DNA of 64,000 nucleotides from an uncultured Methanosarcinaceae archaeon (GTDB lineage Archaea; Halobacteriota; Methanosarcinia; Methanosarcinales; Methanosarcinaceae): NCBI GenBank assembly GCA_963727895.1, contig CAVSHT010000012.1, positions 288,001 to 352,000 of the forward strand, read 5' to 3'. Shown piece by piece: positions 22,528 to 32,284 of this stretch (position 1 is its first letter; each line of letters starts with the position of its first letter). The notes under the pieces were generated by a model. It saw only the letters and a program-made list of their open reading frames with translations, ran no database searches and was not told where the DNA came from. The position numbers and the translations under genes were made by a program.

Positions 22528-23672
22528 ATTCAGATTAAACCTGGATTGAGGTTATCCTTGGGAACTTGTTCCTTTTTATAACTCAATCTAATCTTTTTGC
22601 TATTCTTTTTTGTTATTAGTCTCAGTTTTTTGAAATCCTTATACTGACAATTTTTGAAAGAAGAAATATGAAAAAGGACACTAATTAACCACTTTTGCTA
22701 AAAACATCCACACTTATACTAAAGAAATATTGATACAGGCCATGCTGTGTACCTGAACATACAGTATGAACCTGTATAAGTATATCACTCAAAATGGTAA
22801 CTGACTAGTAAACATCTGACATCTATTTCATTTGCGAATTTTCCAAATTATAGTTTTAGACTTTTCTTTTTTTAACATCTGTATATTAGTCTAAACCTGA
22901 TTATTTGTATCAATATCGTGATTTTTGTATAACTTATAGAGTAAAACATTATAAGTCCCTCCAGTTATTTAATTTTGAAACATTCTTTATAAATCAACTC
23001 GATAGTTATCTGCCAATTTCAGTTTATAATTTACTTTTGATAGATATGCCTTCTTCAAACCCCCTAGAGATCCCTTTCTATATTTGTACTCCCAGGTCAC
23101 ATCCCCATAGATTTATCTTTGGAACTGCAGGTAAGTATAAACAATCTTGAAGATTTCCAGTTAAAAGAATTAAGGATTTAAAAGACCTTAAATCAAATAG
23201 CTGGATAATTCTATCTCTACAGGATGTTATAGTAGATAGCTCTTGACAAATTAAAATTAAAAATTCCAATTTTAATTCATAGGGGAGCATCAATTATAAA
23301 ATAAAATATGAATTTACATATAATGTAAAGAACGAAAACTACTTACAAATAATAGTCTTTTAGTATTTAGAGACAGATTCTTTTGATAAAATATTTCGCT
23401 GCAATAATCATAGAAGATGTTTAAACATCTTGTTTTTTAAATTTTCATTATAGCATTTTAAAAGGAAAATATCCATTAAGGAAACCTATAAATTTAAAAA
23501 AATAATATACTGTTTTCAGTTTGGATTTTATAAAATCAATTTTAAATTTTACTCTGTTTCGTAGATTTTATTTAAGAAAGTAGATTCCAGATAGCGAAAG
23601 TCTTCAAAAGACTAAATATTAGACAAATAAAAAAAGAGTAAAAAAGTGGAAGTATTATATTTATTTTGTAAA

Positions 23673-23701
23673 GAAAAAGTTGCCCGAAAGGCAGGCAACT
23701 T
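23673..23701 (-). terminator. Hairpin plus U-tract closing the small-peptide array
   Basis: AAGTTGCC...GGCAACTT stem followed on the minus strand by TTTTTCTTT. Confidence 0.7.
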
Positions 23702-23741
23702 CATACATTATTGTGATCTTTAACTCAATGTTACTGTTTAA

Positions 23742-23828
23742 TTAGCAGCAGCAGTCCTGATAACAGAATTTGAAGACTTCAGCTGAATATTGGTAACAGA
23801 CATTGGAATAGAAAATACTGTACATCAT
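23742..23828 (-). CDS. Small Cys-rich peptide, type A (MMYSIFYSNVCYQYSAEVFKFCYQDCCC, 28 aa)
   Basis: Hand translation; GGGGGA RBS upstream; repeated in the array. Confidence 0.82.
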   Translation of the reverse strand: MMYSIFYSNVCYQYSAEVFKFCYQDCCC

Positions 23829-23942
23829 GAGATTATTCCCCCAGAGTTTATAGAGTTTGCTTATTTTAGTTTACATAGATGTTCTGTAAAGGGATCATAC
23901 ATTATGATCACCCACTACAGAAACACGTTAATCACAGATTAA

Positions 23943-24041
23943 TTAGAAAGGCCAGCAGCAGCCACAATCCTGGTAACAGAGCTGGAATATTTCAGCTGCA
24001 TAGGTGTAGCAGACATTGGAATAGAAAATACTGTACATCAT
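23943..24041 (-). CDS. Small Cys-rich peptide, type B (MMYSIFYSNVCYTYAAEIFQLCYQDCGCCWPF, 32 aa)
   Basis: Hand translation; RBS; synonymous substitutions relative to type A. Confidence 0.82.
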   Translation of the reverse strand: MMYSIFYSNVCYTYAAEIFQLCYQDCGCCWPF

Positions 24042-24154
24042 GAGATCATTTCCCCCAGAGTTTATAGAATTTGTTTAGTTTTCGTTACATAGATGTCCGT
24101 AGAGGGATCAGATATTATGATCACCCCTACAGAAACACGTTAATCACAGATTAA

Positions 24155-24241
24155 TTAGCAGCAGCAGTCCTGATAACAGAATTTGAAGACTTCAGCTGAA
24201 TATTGGTAACAGACATTGGAATAGAAAATACTGTACATCAT
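24155..24241 (-). CDS. Small Cys-rich peptide, type A (identical to 23742-23828)
   Basis: Hand translation; RBS. Confidence 0.82.
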   Translation of the reverse strand: MMYSIFYSNVCYQYSAEVFKFCYQDCCC

Positions 24242-24354
24242 GAGATTATTCCCCCAGAGTTTATAGAGTTGTTTATTTTAGTTTACATAGATGTTCTGTA
24301 AAGGGATCATACATTATGATCACCCACTACAGAAACACGTTAATCACAGATTAA

Positions 24355-24441
24355 TTAGCAGCAGCAGTCCTGATAACAGAATTTGAAGACTTCAGCTGAA
24401 TATTGGTAACAGACTTTTGAATAGAAAATGCTGTACATCAT
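24355..24441 (-). CDS. Small Cys-rich peptide, type A' (MMYSIFYSKVCYQYSAEVFKFCYQDCCC)
   Basis: Hand translation; RBS; two synonymous Ser codon changes and N9K relative to type A. Confidence 0.82.
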   Translation of the reverse strand: MMYSIFYSKVCYQYSAEVFKFCYQDCCC

Positions 24442-24575
24442 AAGACTATTTCCCCCAATAATTTATCGACTTTGTTCATCTTTCGTTATACCCTGGTTTT
24501 CTGCAATTGGGAAATATAAAACCTTATGCTCATTCCCTACAGAAACCGTTTGAACTTCTTCTTTTATGAACTGAT

Positions 24576-24674
24576 TTAACAGAGATTAAAGAAGAAGCCA
24601 AAGTTATTTGTAAATGTAAAGCATTGGCTAAGACCAAATCCAAAGCTAATGCTAGGCATGCAGAAACATGACAT
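24576..24674 (-). CDS. Small Phe/Cys-rich peptide (MSCFCMPSISFGFGLSQCFTFTNNFGFFFNLC, 32 aa), first gene of the array
   Basis: Hand translation; same GGGGGAA RBS; followed by the same hairpin as the other units. Confidence 0.72.
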   Translation of the reverse strand: MSCFCMPSISFGFGLSQCFTFTNNFGFFFNLC

Positions 24675-26120
24675 GTTTATTTCCCCCATAGTTTAGAATT
24701 TTCAACATCGATACTTAAATACTGTAAATAACAAGCTTATTTGCAACGACGATTCAGTTTGTATAAATATTTCTGATATCAAACCCCCAAATTACACGGA
24801 CACTGTCAGCCACTTTATAATATTTATACGTGGATTTCCTCTTATTTCGGGACATACCGTTAGAAGTTTTAACTAACAGTGACTGTATATAGCTATATAT
24901 ACCAAATTATATAAGCTCAATAGAATTTCATCTCCTTATAAAAAATACTCACTAAATGATTAGAGAAAGGAATCCTTGAACATAAATATATTTTTTATAT
25001 ATATTATAACAATTAAATTACGTGATCTCGCTTTACTTCTATATAAATAGTTAGATGTATTATTAGAGTTGGCATGAAAATTTTTTAGATTATTACTGCA
25101 GTAATTTTAAATCGTCCACCGACTTTACAAAAAACATTCATATATACAACATTAACAAAATAACATATAGGATATAGGGGCATAATTATAAAATTATTAA
25201 GAATGAATTCGCATCATGAAAATAAAATGGTATCTACCCTCACTTATACCATTTAGAAGACTCAATGTGCAATAATAGTAGAGAATGAGACATTATTTAG
25301 ATCAATAAATAGAGTAGATAGCTAATTAGTGGATAAATATTAATTATTAAAAATTTAATGTTAAATGTCAGCATTTAAAGTAATAGATCAATATTTATAT
25401 GCATTAAGATCAAATCTTTAGTCGAAAATTAAAAAAGCATAAGTTAAAATGGACTTTCTTACATAATAAGTAAAAACGTTGAAATTATTCAATATGATTC
25501 ATTAAGATCATATTTTAGTAACTTTGGGAAAGGGGGATGGAAATATTATCAAAAATAGTTTACCTGAGGATGGATTTTCTATTGTTGAAAGTTCAAATGT
25601 TAGAAAAGACTATCTATTTGGGAGTCTAGAGATAAGGGATATGTTGTAAGGGGAAATAGTCTCAATAGAGTGCCATATCAAGAATTTGTGAATCATTGGG
25701 ATATGAAAAATGGTTTTTTCAGTTTTTTAATTCATACTCCGTACCTGATTACTCTTGAAAATACTTTGTGCTCTACCTTTAAGGACTCAAGAACTGGAAT
25801 TGATCCACAAAAATTCTTAAAGAAACTGCTTGAAGTCATGGAACTACCGGATTGCATGCATTACAAATCAAGAAACTTTTCAAGAAACAAGTTCCAAGAA
25901 ATCTCAATTGTACGTTCACGTATTAATTACCCTGCAATCCTTTTTGGAAGAAACTATCGAAACCCTTAATCCTACAAAAAAAGCCCAAATTTGTGAAGAT
26001 TTTGAATTTGATAGAACAGAGAACAGTAAATCACTACAAGCAATTATGAATTGAAAAATGCGCTGTAGCGTTTTCTAAGAAACAAATAAAATAACTTAAT
26101 ATCATCGAAGGTGTAACTCT

Positions 26121-27356
26121 ATGCAAATAATCAATAAGAATAAAGTCGCAGCTTTTTTTTCCTTACTTTTGATTTCTGCGTTTTTTGCAGCTCCCGTTTC
26201 TGCATCAGGAAATGCGAGTCTTAAAGTTACAATAGTTGAAACGAATCCCTATCCTGCAAAAATAGGGGAATCCCTGGATTTAACTGTTCAGGTAGAAAAC
26301 GTTGGAGGGAGTAAAGCTGACAATGTCGATATTGATATTGTGCCTCCGTACTCATTTTCTCTTGATTCTCAGGCAAATGCTGTTCAAAATATTGGGGCCC
26401 TCAATCCCGGCAGTACATCTACAAAGGAATTTCACCTTACTGTAGACAAAAACGCGCAGAAAGGAATGCGCTCTATTAAGGTCCGAACAAGAATAAGTAC
26501 AGATAGTCCTTGGAATGAGAAGAGTTTTGACATTCGGGTTGGTACAGAAACATTTGATAGCAAAGGTACAGTGGAGCTTAAGGAAGTAACTTCGGAACCC
26601 AAAGTATTTATGCCAGGGGATAAGGGAACTATCACTGTAACTCTTACAAACACTGCAACTTCTCCAACCATTACTATAGGGGAAAATACATATGACACTA
26701 ATGCCCGAATACAGTCGGCGGTCTTGAAACCTTTATCAGAAGGAATTACTGTTCTTGATGCCCCCTACAATGACATGGGAATTTTGGGACCTGGAGACAG
26801 TATCAACCTGACTTTCATGGTTAAGGTTGCAGAGGATGCCACCGAAGGAACTCACAACCTTGAACTTGCAATAGAAGGAAACTCATTTGATTACAACAGC
26901 AAAAAGAATATCCCTCTCACGGTTGATGCTTCAAATGTTAAGGTAATTACTTCAAAAGAACTTACGATGGTCGATGGAAAAGCTACAGTTGAGTTTGATG
27001 TGGCAAATATTCATCCTAATGAGTTTAATTCTGTAAGCATAAAACCTGAAGCAGAAGATGTGAAATTTTACCCTACAGAATATTTTATCGGACCAATGAA
27101 TCCAGACGAGCTTTTCACAATTGATTTTAATGCAGTCGCAGAAAATCCGGCGATTATTAGCAACGACGGAATAAACATGAACCTGACTGCAAACTATAAC
27201 AACGGCATCAACAGACATGAAAACACAATAGGAAACCTGAATTTTACAAATGTTCCAATATCTACTGAATCGAACTCAAGCGCTTTACTGACCGGTGGAC
27301 TTATTGTAATTTTGATTCCAGCAGCTTTCTTGTATTACAGAAAAAGAAAACAATAA
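26121..27356 (+). CDS. COG1361-type S-layer-domain surface protein
   Basis: Signal peptide, NPYPAKIGE..L.VQVENVG Ig-like repeats, C-terminal TM segment plus RKRK. Confidence 0.85.
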   Translation: MQIINKNKVAAFFSLLLISAFFAAPVSASGNASLKVTIVETNPYPAKIGESLDLTVQVENVGGSKADNVDIDIVPPYSFSLDSQANAVQNIGALNPGSTSTKEFHLTVDKNAQKGMRSIKVRTRISTDSPWNEKSFDIRVGTETFDSKGTVELKEVTSEPKVFMPGDKGTITVTLTNTATSPTITIGENTYDTNARIQSAVLKPLSEGITVLDAPYNDMGILGPGDSINLTFMVKVAEDATEGTHNLELAIEGNSFDYNSKKNIPLTVDASNVKVITSKELTMVDGKATVEFDVANIHPNEFNSVSIKPEAEDVKFYPTEYFIGPMNPDELFTIDFNAVAENPAIISNDGINMNLTANYNNGINRHENTIGNLNFTNVPISTESNSSALLTGGLIVILIPAAFLYYRKRKQ

Positions 27357-27397
27357 TCAAAAAAGTTCAATTAACATCATATTTACGGGGGTAAAAT

Positions 27398-28612
27398 ATG
27401 ATAAAATTTGCACAAGCAGCCCGTATAGCATTTGGGAGTATAGGAAGTGCTAAACTTAGATCTGCACTTACTACTCTGGGAATAGTAATCGGGATAGCTG
27501 CAGTAGTTGTTAATGCATCTCTCGGTGCCAGTTTTACCCAATTTTTTACTAATGAAATATCTTCTGTAGGCTCGAACTTTATTATTGCGGCTAGCAAGCA
27601 ACCAAATCTTTTCTTTGATAATGAGTACAATCTCATGAAGAACACACCAGGAATTTCGGGAGTATCTCCCAGGAAATCAATGACTGGAGATCTCACATAT
27701 TTATCAGAGACTAAAAGCGTTACTGTTGCAGGAATTAATAAAGACTTTCAGGAGATTCAGGGCTTGCAAATGGAAAGTGGTACTTTCCTGACAGATAAAG
27801 ACAGTTCTTCTGCTGTTCTTGGATATGATATTGCAAATGACAAGTTCAGTAGAAATATTTCCCACAGGAGCACTATAGAGATTGCTTTTAGACAGAACGA
27901 TGGCACAGTTGTGAAGAAAAGTTTTAAAGTAAAAGGGATACTGAAAAATTCCAAACCAACAGTTGTAGGTGAAGATAGCGACTATGATATGACAGTTTTT
28001 ATTCCAATTTCCACTATGAATGAAATGACTGGGGAAAAAGACTATGGAACTCTCCTTGCAATGGCAGAAAGCCCTGAAAAAATTCGTGATATATCAGATA
28101 ATGTAGATAAAAGATTTGCCAGAAATTTTGGAATTCCAGAAAGAACAATTGACGATGAGGACTCAAAACCCTATTACGTCTTTAATCAGGAAGAAGTCCT
28201 TGAACAAACTGGAAAAATAGCAAGTGCTTTGAGTTCTTTTTTGCTCGCTCTTGCCTTAATATCACTCTTTGTGGGTTCAATAGGAATTATGAATATCATG
28301 CTTGTAACCGTAACTGAAAGAACCAGAGAAATAGGAATCATGAAATCTGTAGGTTACAGCAATTCCAATGTTTTATCCCTTTTTTTACTGGAGTCTGTAA
28401 TGGTCAGTTTCTTGGGAGGAGTAGTAGGTACTTTAATCGGTAGTTTGGGAGCTTATGCTCTTGAAAGTGCTCTTAAACTTCCTCCAGTATTTCCCTTAAC
28501 ATTAATTGAAATCGGAATTGCAATCTCTCTTCTTGTAGGAATAACTGCTGGCTTATATCCCGCAAGAAAAGCTGCACGCATGAATCCTGTGGATGCACTA
28601 AGATATGAATAA
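27398..28612 (+). CDS. ABC transporter permease, MacB/FtsX family
   Basis: RSALTTLGIVIG; GIMNIMLVTVTERTREIGIMK; GLYPARKAARMNPVDALRYE. Confidence 0.93.
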   Translation: MIKFAQAARIAFGSIGSAKLRSALTTLGIVIGIAAVVVNASLGASFTQFFTNEISSVGSNFIIAASKQPNLFFDNEYNLMKNTPGISGVSPRKSMTGDLTYLSETKSVTVAGINKDFQEIQGLQMESGTFLTDKDSSSAVLGYDIANDKFSRNISHRSTIEIAFRQNDGTVVKKSFKVKGILKNSKPTVVGEDSDYDMTVFIPISTMNEMTGEKDYGTLLAMAESPEKIRDISDNVDKRFARNFGIPERTIDDEDSKPYYVFNQEEVLEQTGKIASALSSFLLALALISLFVGSIGIMNIMLVTVTERTREIGIMKSVGYSNSNVLSLFLLESVMVSFLGGVVGTLIGSLGAYALESALKLPPVFPLTLIEIGIAISLLVGITAGLYPARKAARMNPVDALRYE

Positions 28613-28687
28613 GAAATAAGGCATACCGTATGAAAATTAAAACCAGGTATGAATCGATTCAAACACTTGAAAAACAGAGGTGTAGAC

Positions 28688-29551
28688 ATGGAATCGAAAA
28701 TATCAAGTGAAGATGTATCTACTTCAGAAGATTTAATATTGGAACCAGGAACCAAAAATCCTAGATTTGAAGGAGAACTTCTATCGGGAGAAGACCATAT
28801 CACTTCAGCAGATATGGTTAAATGTAATTCAAACTATTCTAAATATTTCCATAATGAAGAAACAAATGGAAAGAAAACTCCCGTTATTGAAGTCATTGAT
28901 GTCAAAAAGAGTTACATTCTTGGAGATCTGGAGGTTCCTGTCCTTCACAATATTAACCTAGAAGTTTGCGCAGGGGAATTTCTTGCCATTATGGGACCTT
29001 CTGGTTCAGGGAAAAGCACACTTATGAATTTAATAGGTTTCCTTGATAGACCTACGGAAGGAAGAATCATAATTAAAAGTTTGAATATAAATAAACTATC
29101 TGACAAAGAAGTCGCCAGGCTTAGAGGATTGGAAATTGGGTTTGTGTTTCAAACATTCAACCTAATCCCCAGGCTTACAGCTCTTGAAAATGTCGAGCTT
29201 CCGACCTATGCTAATAAAAAAAATGGAGTAAATACCCATGAAAGGGCAAAAGACTTACTTAGACTTGTGGGGCTGGAAGATCGAATGCATCACAAACCAG
29301 GTGAACTTTCAGGTGGACAATCTCAGAGAGTTGCTATTGCCAGAGCTCTTATCAATGATCCTGCGATCCTTCTTGCAGATGAGCCCACTGGAAATCTAGA
29401 CTCAAAGACGGGCTGTGAAATTTTAGATATATTTAGGAAACTTAACGAATACGGGAGGACTATTATAATAATCACTCATGATCCAGAAATCGCAGGATAT
29501 GCAGATAGAATAGTACTCGTAAGAGATGGTATCATTCAGAACAAAGAATAA
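28688..29551 (+). CDS. ABC transporter ATP-binding protein, MacB/LolD family
   Basis: [43 protein letters not shown] before 28688. Confidence 0.93.
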   Translation: MESKISSEDVSTSEDLILEPGTKNPRFEGELLSGEDHITSADMVKCNSNYSKYFHNEETNGKKTPVIEVIDVKKSYILGDLEVPVLHNINLEVCAGEFLAIMGPSGSGKSTLMNLIGFLDRPTEGRIIIKSLNINKLSDKEVARLRGLEIGFVFQTFNLIPRLTALENVELPTYANKKNGVNTHERAKDLLRLVGLEDRMHHKPGELSGGQSQRVAIARALINDPAILLADEPTGNLDSKTGCEILDIFRKLNEYGRTIIIITHDPEIAGYADRIVLVRDGIIQNKE

Positions 29552-29857
29552 TTTGGGGGTCATACTTTAAAACTTAAGTAGATTAGGATTTAAAATTAGC
29601 ATGACAAAAATCAAAAATTCACTTATTCCTTTTATGCGACCTTTTCTTTTGCTTTCCTCATTTTTTGCATTTTCTGCCCTTGTATATTTAATAAACTCCG
29701 ATCTTAAAATTATATCGTCAAAGCAAATTATGATCCTGAAAAATAGGAGAATATCTAAGTCAATCTTTCAAGAGAAAAAATAAAGTTTACTTTGATATAC
29801 ATAAAAACGAGCAGGAAAGAGTGTGCTCATAAACATAATGAGAAGAAAAAATAAATA

Positions 29858-30408
29858 GGCATTGGTACTCAAAAATAGATATATATGCTTATAACATATA
29901 TTTCTTCATGAACTGCCCAAAATGTAATAGTTCCAGTCACAGATGGATAAATAAATTTGGTCCGGAGTTAGAGGCTCTAAAAAGTGAAAATGAGATATCT
30001 ATTGTTGAAATGGATGAGATGCACACTTACATCGGTAACAAAAAAAATATTGCTGGATCTGGATTGCTGTTGATAGAGTTGGGAAAAAGTTCATCAACTG
30101 CTCTTTTGGTAGCAGAGGAACATAAACTGGAAAACTACTCTGGGAAAAATTGAAGAAAAAAGAGATTGGAGAAGTGATGACCGATCACTGGAGAGCATAT
30201 GCAGAGTTTCTTCCAGAAAAGATCCATACTCAATCAAAAGCAGAAACGTATACTGTTGAAGGATATAACAGCATATTGAGGCACTTTCTGGCAAGGTTGA
30301 GAAGAAAGACAAAGTGTTATACGAAGAGTCTTGAAATGCTAAAGTACTCGGTTATTCTATTGATGAAATAAAGAAATAAAGAACTAGATATATTTAGTTA
30401 ACAATACC
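29858..30408 (+). mobile_element. IS1-family insertion sequence, copy 4, with a 189 bp internal deletion and 8 bp target duplication AATAAATA
   Basis: Both termini present; SSSH/RWINKFG junction near 29940; direct repeat on both flanks. Confidence 0.92.
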
Positions 30409-30425
30409 AATAAATATTCATCCAC

Positions 30426-31748
30426 TTAAGTAAGCGGAATGGTAAAGATAAAGGTATTGCCTTTTTCAACATTAGATTCTACCCAGATATTTCCTCCGTG
30501 AAGATCTATGAAGTTTTTGGCAATAAATAGGCCAAGTCCAGCTCCACCGTATCTCCTAGCTGTAGAAATATCTGACTGAATAAAAGACAATACTCTTTCA
30601 TGATCTCCTTTTGAGAATACTGTACTACTATCCGAAACTTTAACCTCTAATGTCCCTTCTTTTTGGATAGCACTAATATTAACCCTTCCTTTTTCAGAAG
30701 TGAATTTTATAGCATTATTCATTAGATTGTATAAAACCTGTCTCAGCTTTGTTCTGTCAGCTCGAATGCTCTCAAGAGAAGCATCTACCTTGACTTCTAC
30801 ACTTATTTTCTTATTTGAAGCAAATGAGAGAAGATTCATTCTTACTTCCCCAATAAGACCTGCGAGATCTACATTTTCATAGTTAAGGCTTCTTTCACCA
30901 GCTTTGAATCTTGAGACATCAAGTAGAGTATTAATAATTTCCAGAAGATTTTTCCCACTTATTAAAATATTATTTACATATTTTGATTGCCTCGTATTGA
31001 GGGATCCAAAAGCTCCTTCCAGCAACAAATCAGAAAAACCTATAATGGAGTTAAGAGGAGTCCGAAGTTCATGACTCATATTAATTAGTAGCCCGTTTTT
31101 GATCCAGTTAGTGACTTCTAAATCCATTTCTGTCTTGGAAAATAAACATTCCAGTCCAACTCCCTCTAAATTTCTCAACAGCGTCCATTTTCCATTTCGT
31201 TTGACGAATACATCGTTTACATCTATTAGTTCAAGGATGTCTTTACCTGAAAGTTCTTCAAGAGGAAAAGTACATAAGAGCGTGGAACTTTTATTATTTT
31301 CAAAAACCATTTCATCAAAGGTTTTTCTACAAATTTCAAGACAAGGTTTAATAAGATTTTTTATAGTGTTATTAAAATCAAGATTCATTCTGAAACCTGA
31401 AAATCCTCCCGAAACAGCTTTTTGATACCCATTTTCTGCGAGTTCTTTTACTGATGATGCAAAAAGGGCAACATTTTCGGGAAGGGGATTAGCTTGAAGG
31501 ATTTTCAATTGAGAAGAGGTTAGGCAGTGCTCGACATCCATCCCAGATTTTTTAAGTTCACTTTTTGCCCCTTGAGCGGTCAATTTATCTGGAGAAATCC
31601 ATAAGCAATACTCTCCCCCTTCAATTCCCTGCTTAAAAAATGTAACAAGTAATACTTCCAGTTCGTCAGCATTATCATATACAGCAGAGATCTGAGGGCT
31701 GTGCGGAGCAATTGAACAAAATCCAGGGTCTTCATTAATATTATCCAA
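30426..31748 (-). CDS. MEDS-domain sensor histidine kinase (HisKA-HATPase)
   Basis: NMSHELRTPLNSIIG, NLMNNAIKFT, GGAGLGL; N-terminal MEDS-like region. Confidence 0.88.
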   Translation of the reverse strand: MDNINEDPGFCSIAPHSPQISAVYDNADELEVLLVTFFKQGIEGGEYCLWISPDKLTAQGAKSELKKSGMDVEHCLTSSQLKILQANPLPENVALFASSVKELAENGYQKAVSGGFSGFRMNLDFNNTIKNLIKPCLEICRKTFDEMVFENNKSSTLLCTFPLEELSGKDILELIDVNDVFVKRNGKWTLLRNLEGVGLECLFSKTEMDLEVTNWIKNGLLINMSHELRTPLNSIIGFSDLLLEGAFGSLNTRQSKYVNNILISGKNLLEIINTLLDVSRFKAGERSLNYENVDLAGLIGEVRMNLLSFASNKKISVEVKVDASLESIRADRTKLRQVLYNLMNNAIKFTSEKGRVNISAIQKEGTLEVKVSDSSTVFSKGDHERVLSFIQSDISTARRYGGAGLGLFIAKNFIDLHGGNIWVESNVEKGNTFIFTIPLT

Positions 31749-32284
31749 AATATATTCCCCTGCATACTTCTTGAGAAATGTGTTTCTTTTATTTGTATAG
31801 AAGGTTTGAATGAAACATGAGACCGAATTTGCAAATACAACATATATTAAGATTCTAAATTTACTTAAAGTATTTTAAAATTATTAAGAAAATTGATGGT
31901 AACAGAATTATTTTATGGTACCAATAAAAATTTAGATGTATATTTATTAGTTCTAAATATAGGCTGAACACATATAAGAAATATGCGAATTTATATTGTC
32001 TATTTTGCTCTTTATATTTTATAAATAAAATAATAACAATAGTAATATGTTGAGAATTAATATCTACAGAAAGCTATTAAAATAAGTTACAAAAGACCGA
32101 AATGAAATAGGAACTAATTATCAGACTTTTGGTTCAAATTTAAGACATGAGTGATTTTAGAGGATAATTACATAATATGTAAAGATAAAAATAAGTAAAA
32201 ATAGAATAGATCAATGAAGCATTGATCCTCTATTTTATTGAAAAGGAAGAAAAAACTTCATATTGAAATCATTTTTTGTCTGTT

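Noticed and set aside
22905..23293. Short ORFs between lysS and the peptide array
   Set aside because: No RBS or recognisable motif; consistent with chance ORFs in AT-rich DNA
23742..24441. CRISPR array interpretation of the ~200 bp repeats
   Set aside because: Units are too long, the spacers are conserved rather than unique, no cas genes are present, and the units encode RBS-led peptides
25670..26054. Two overlapping ORFs upstream of the COG1361-like gene
   Set aside because: No recognisable family and weak starts; possibly a relic but not supportable without a search
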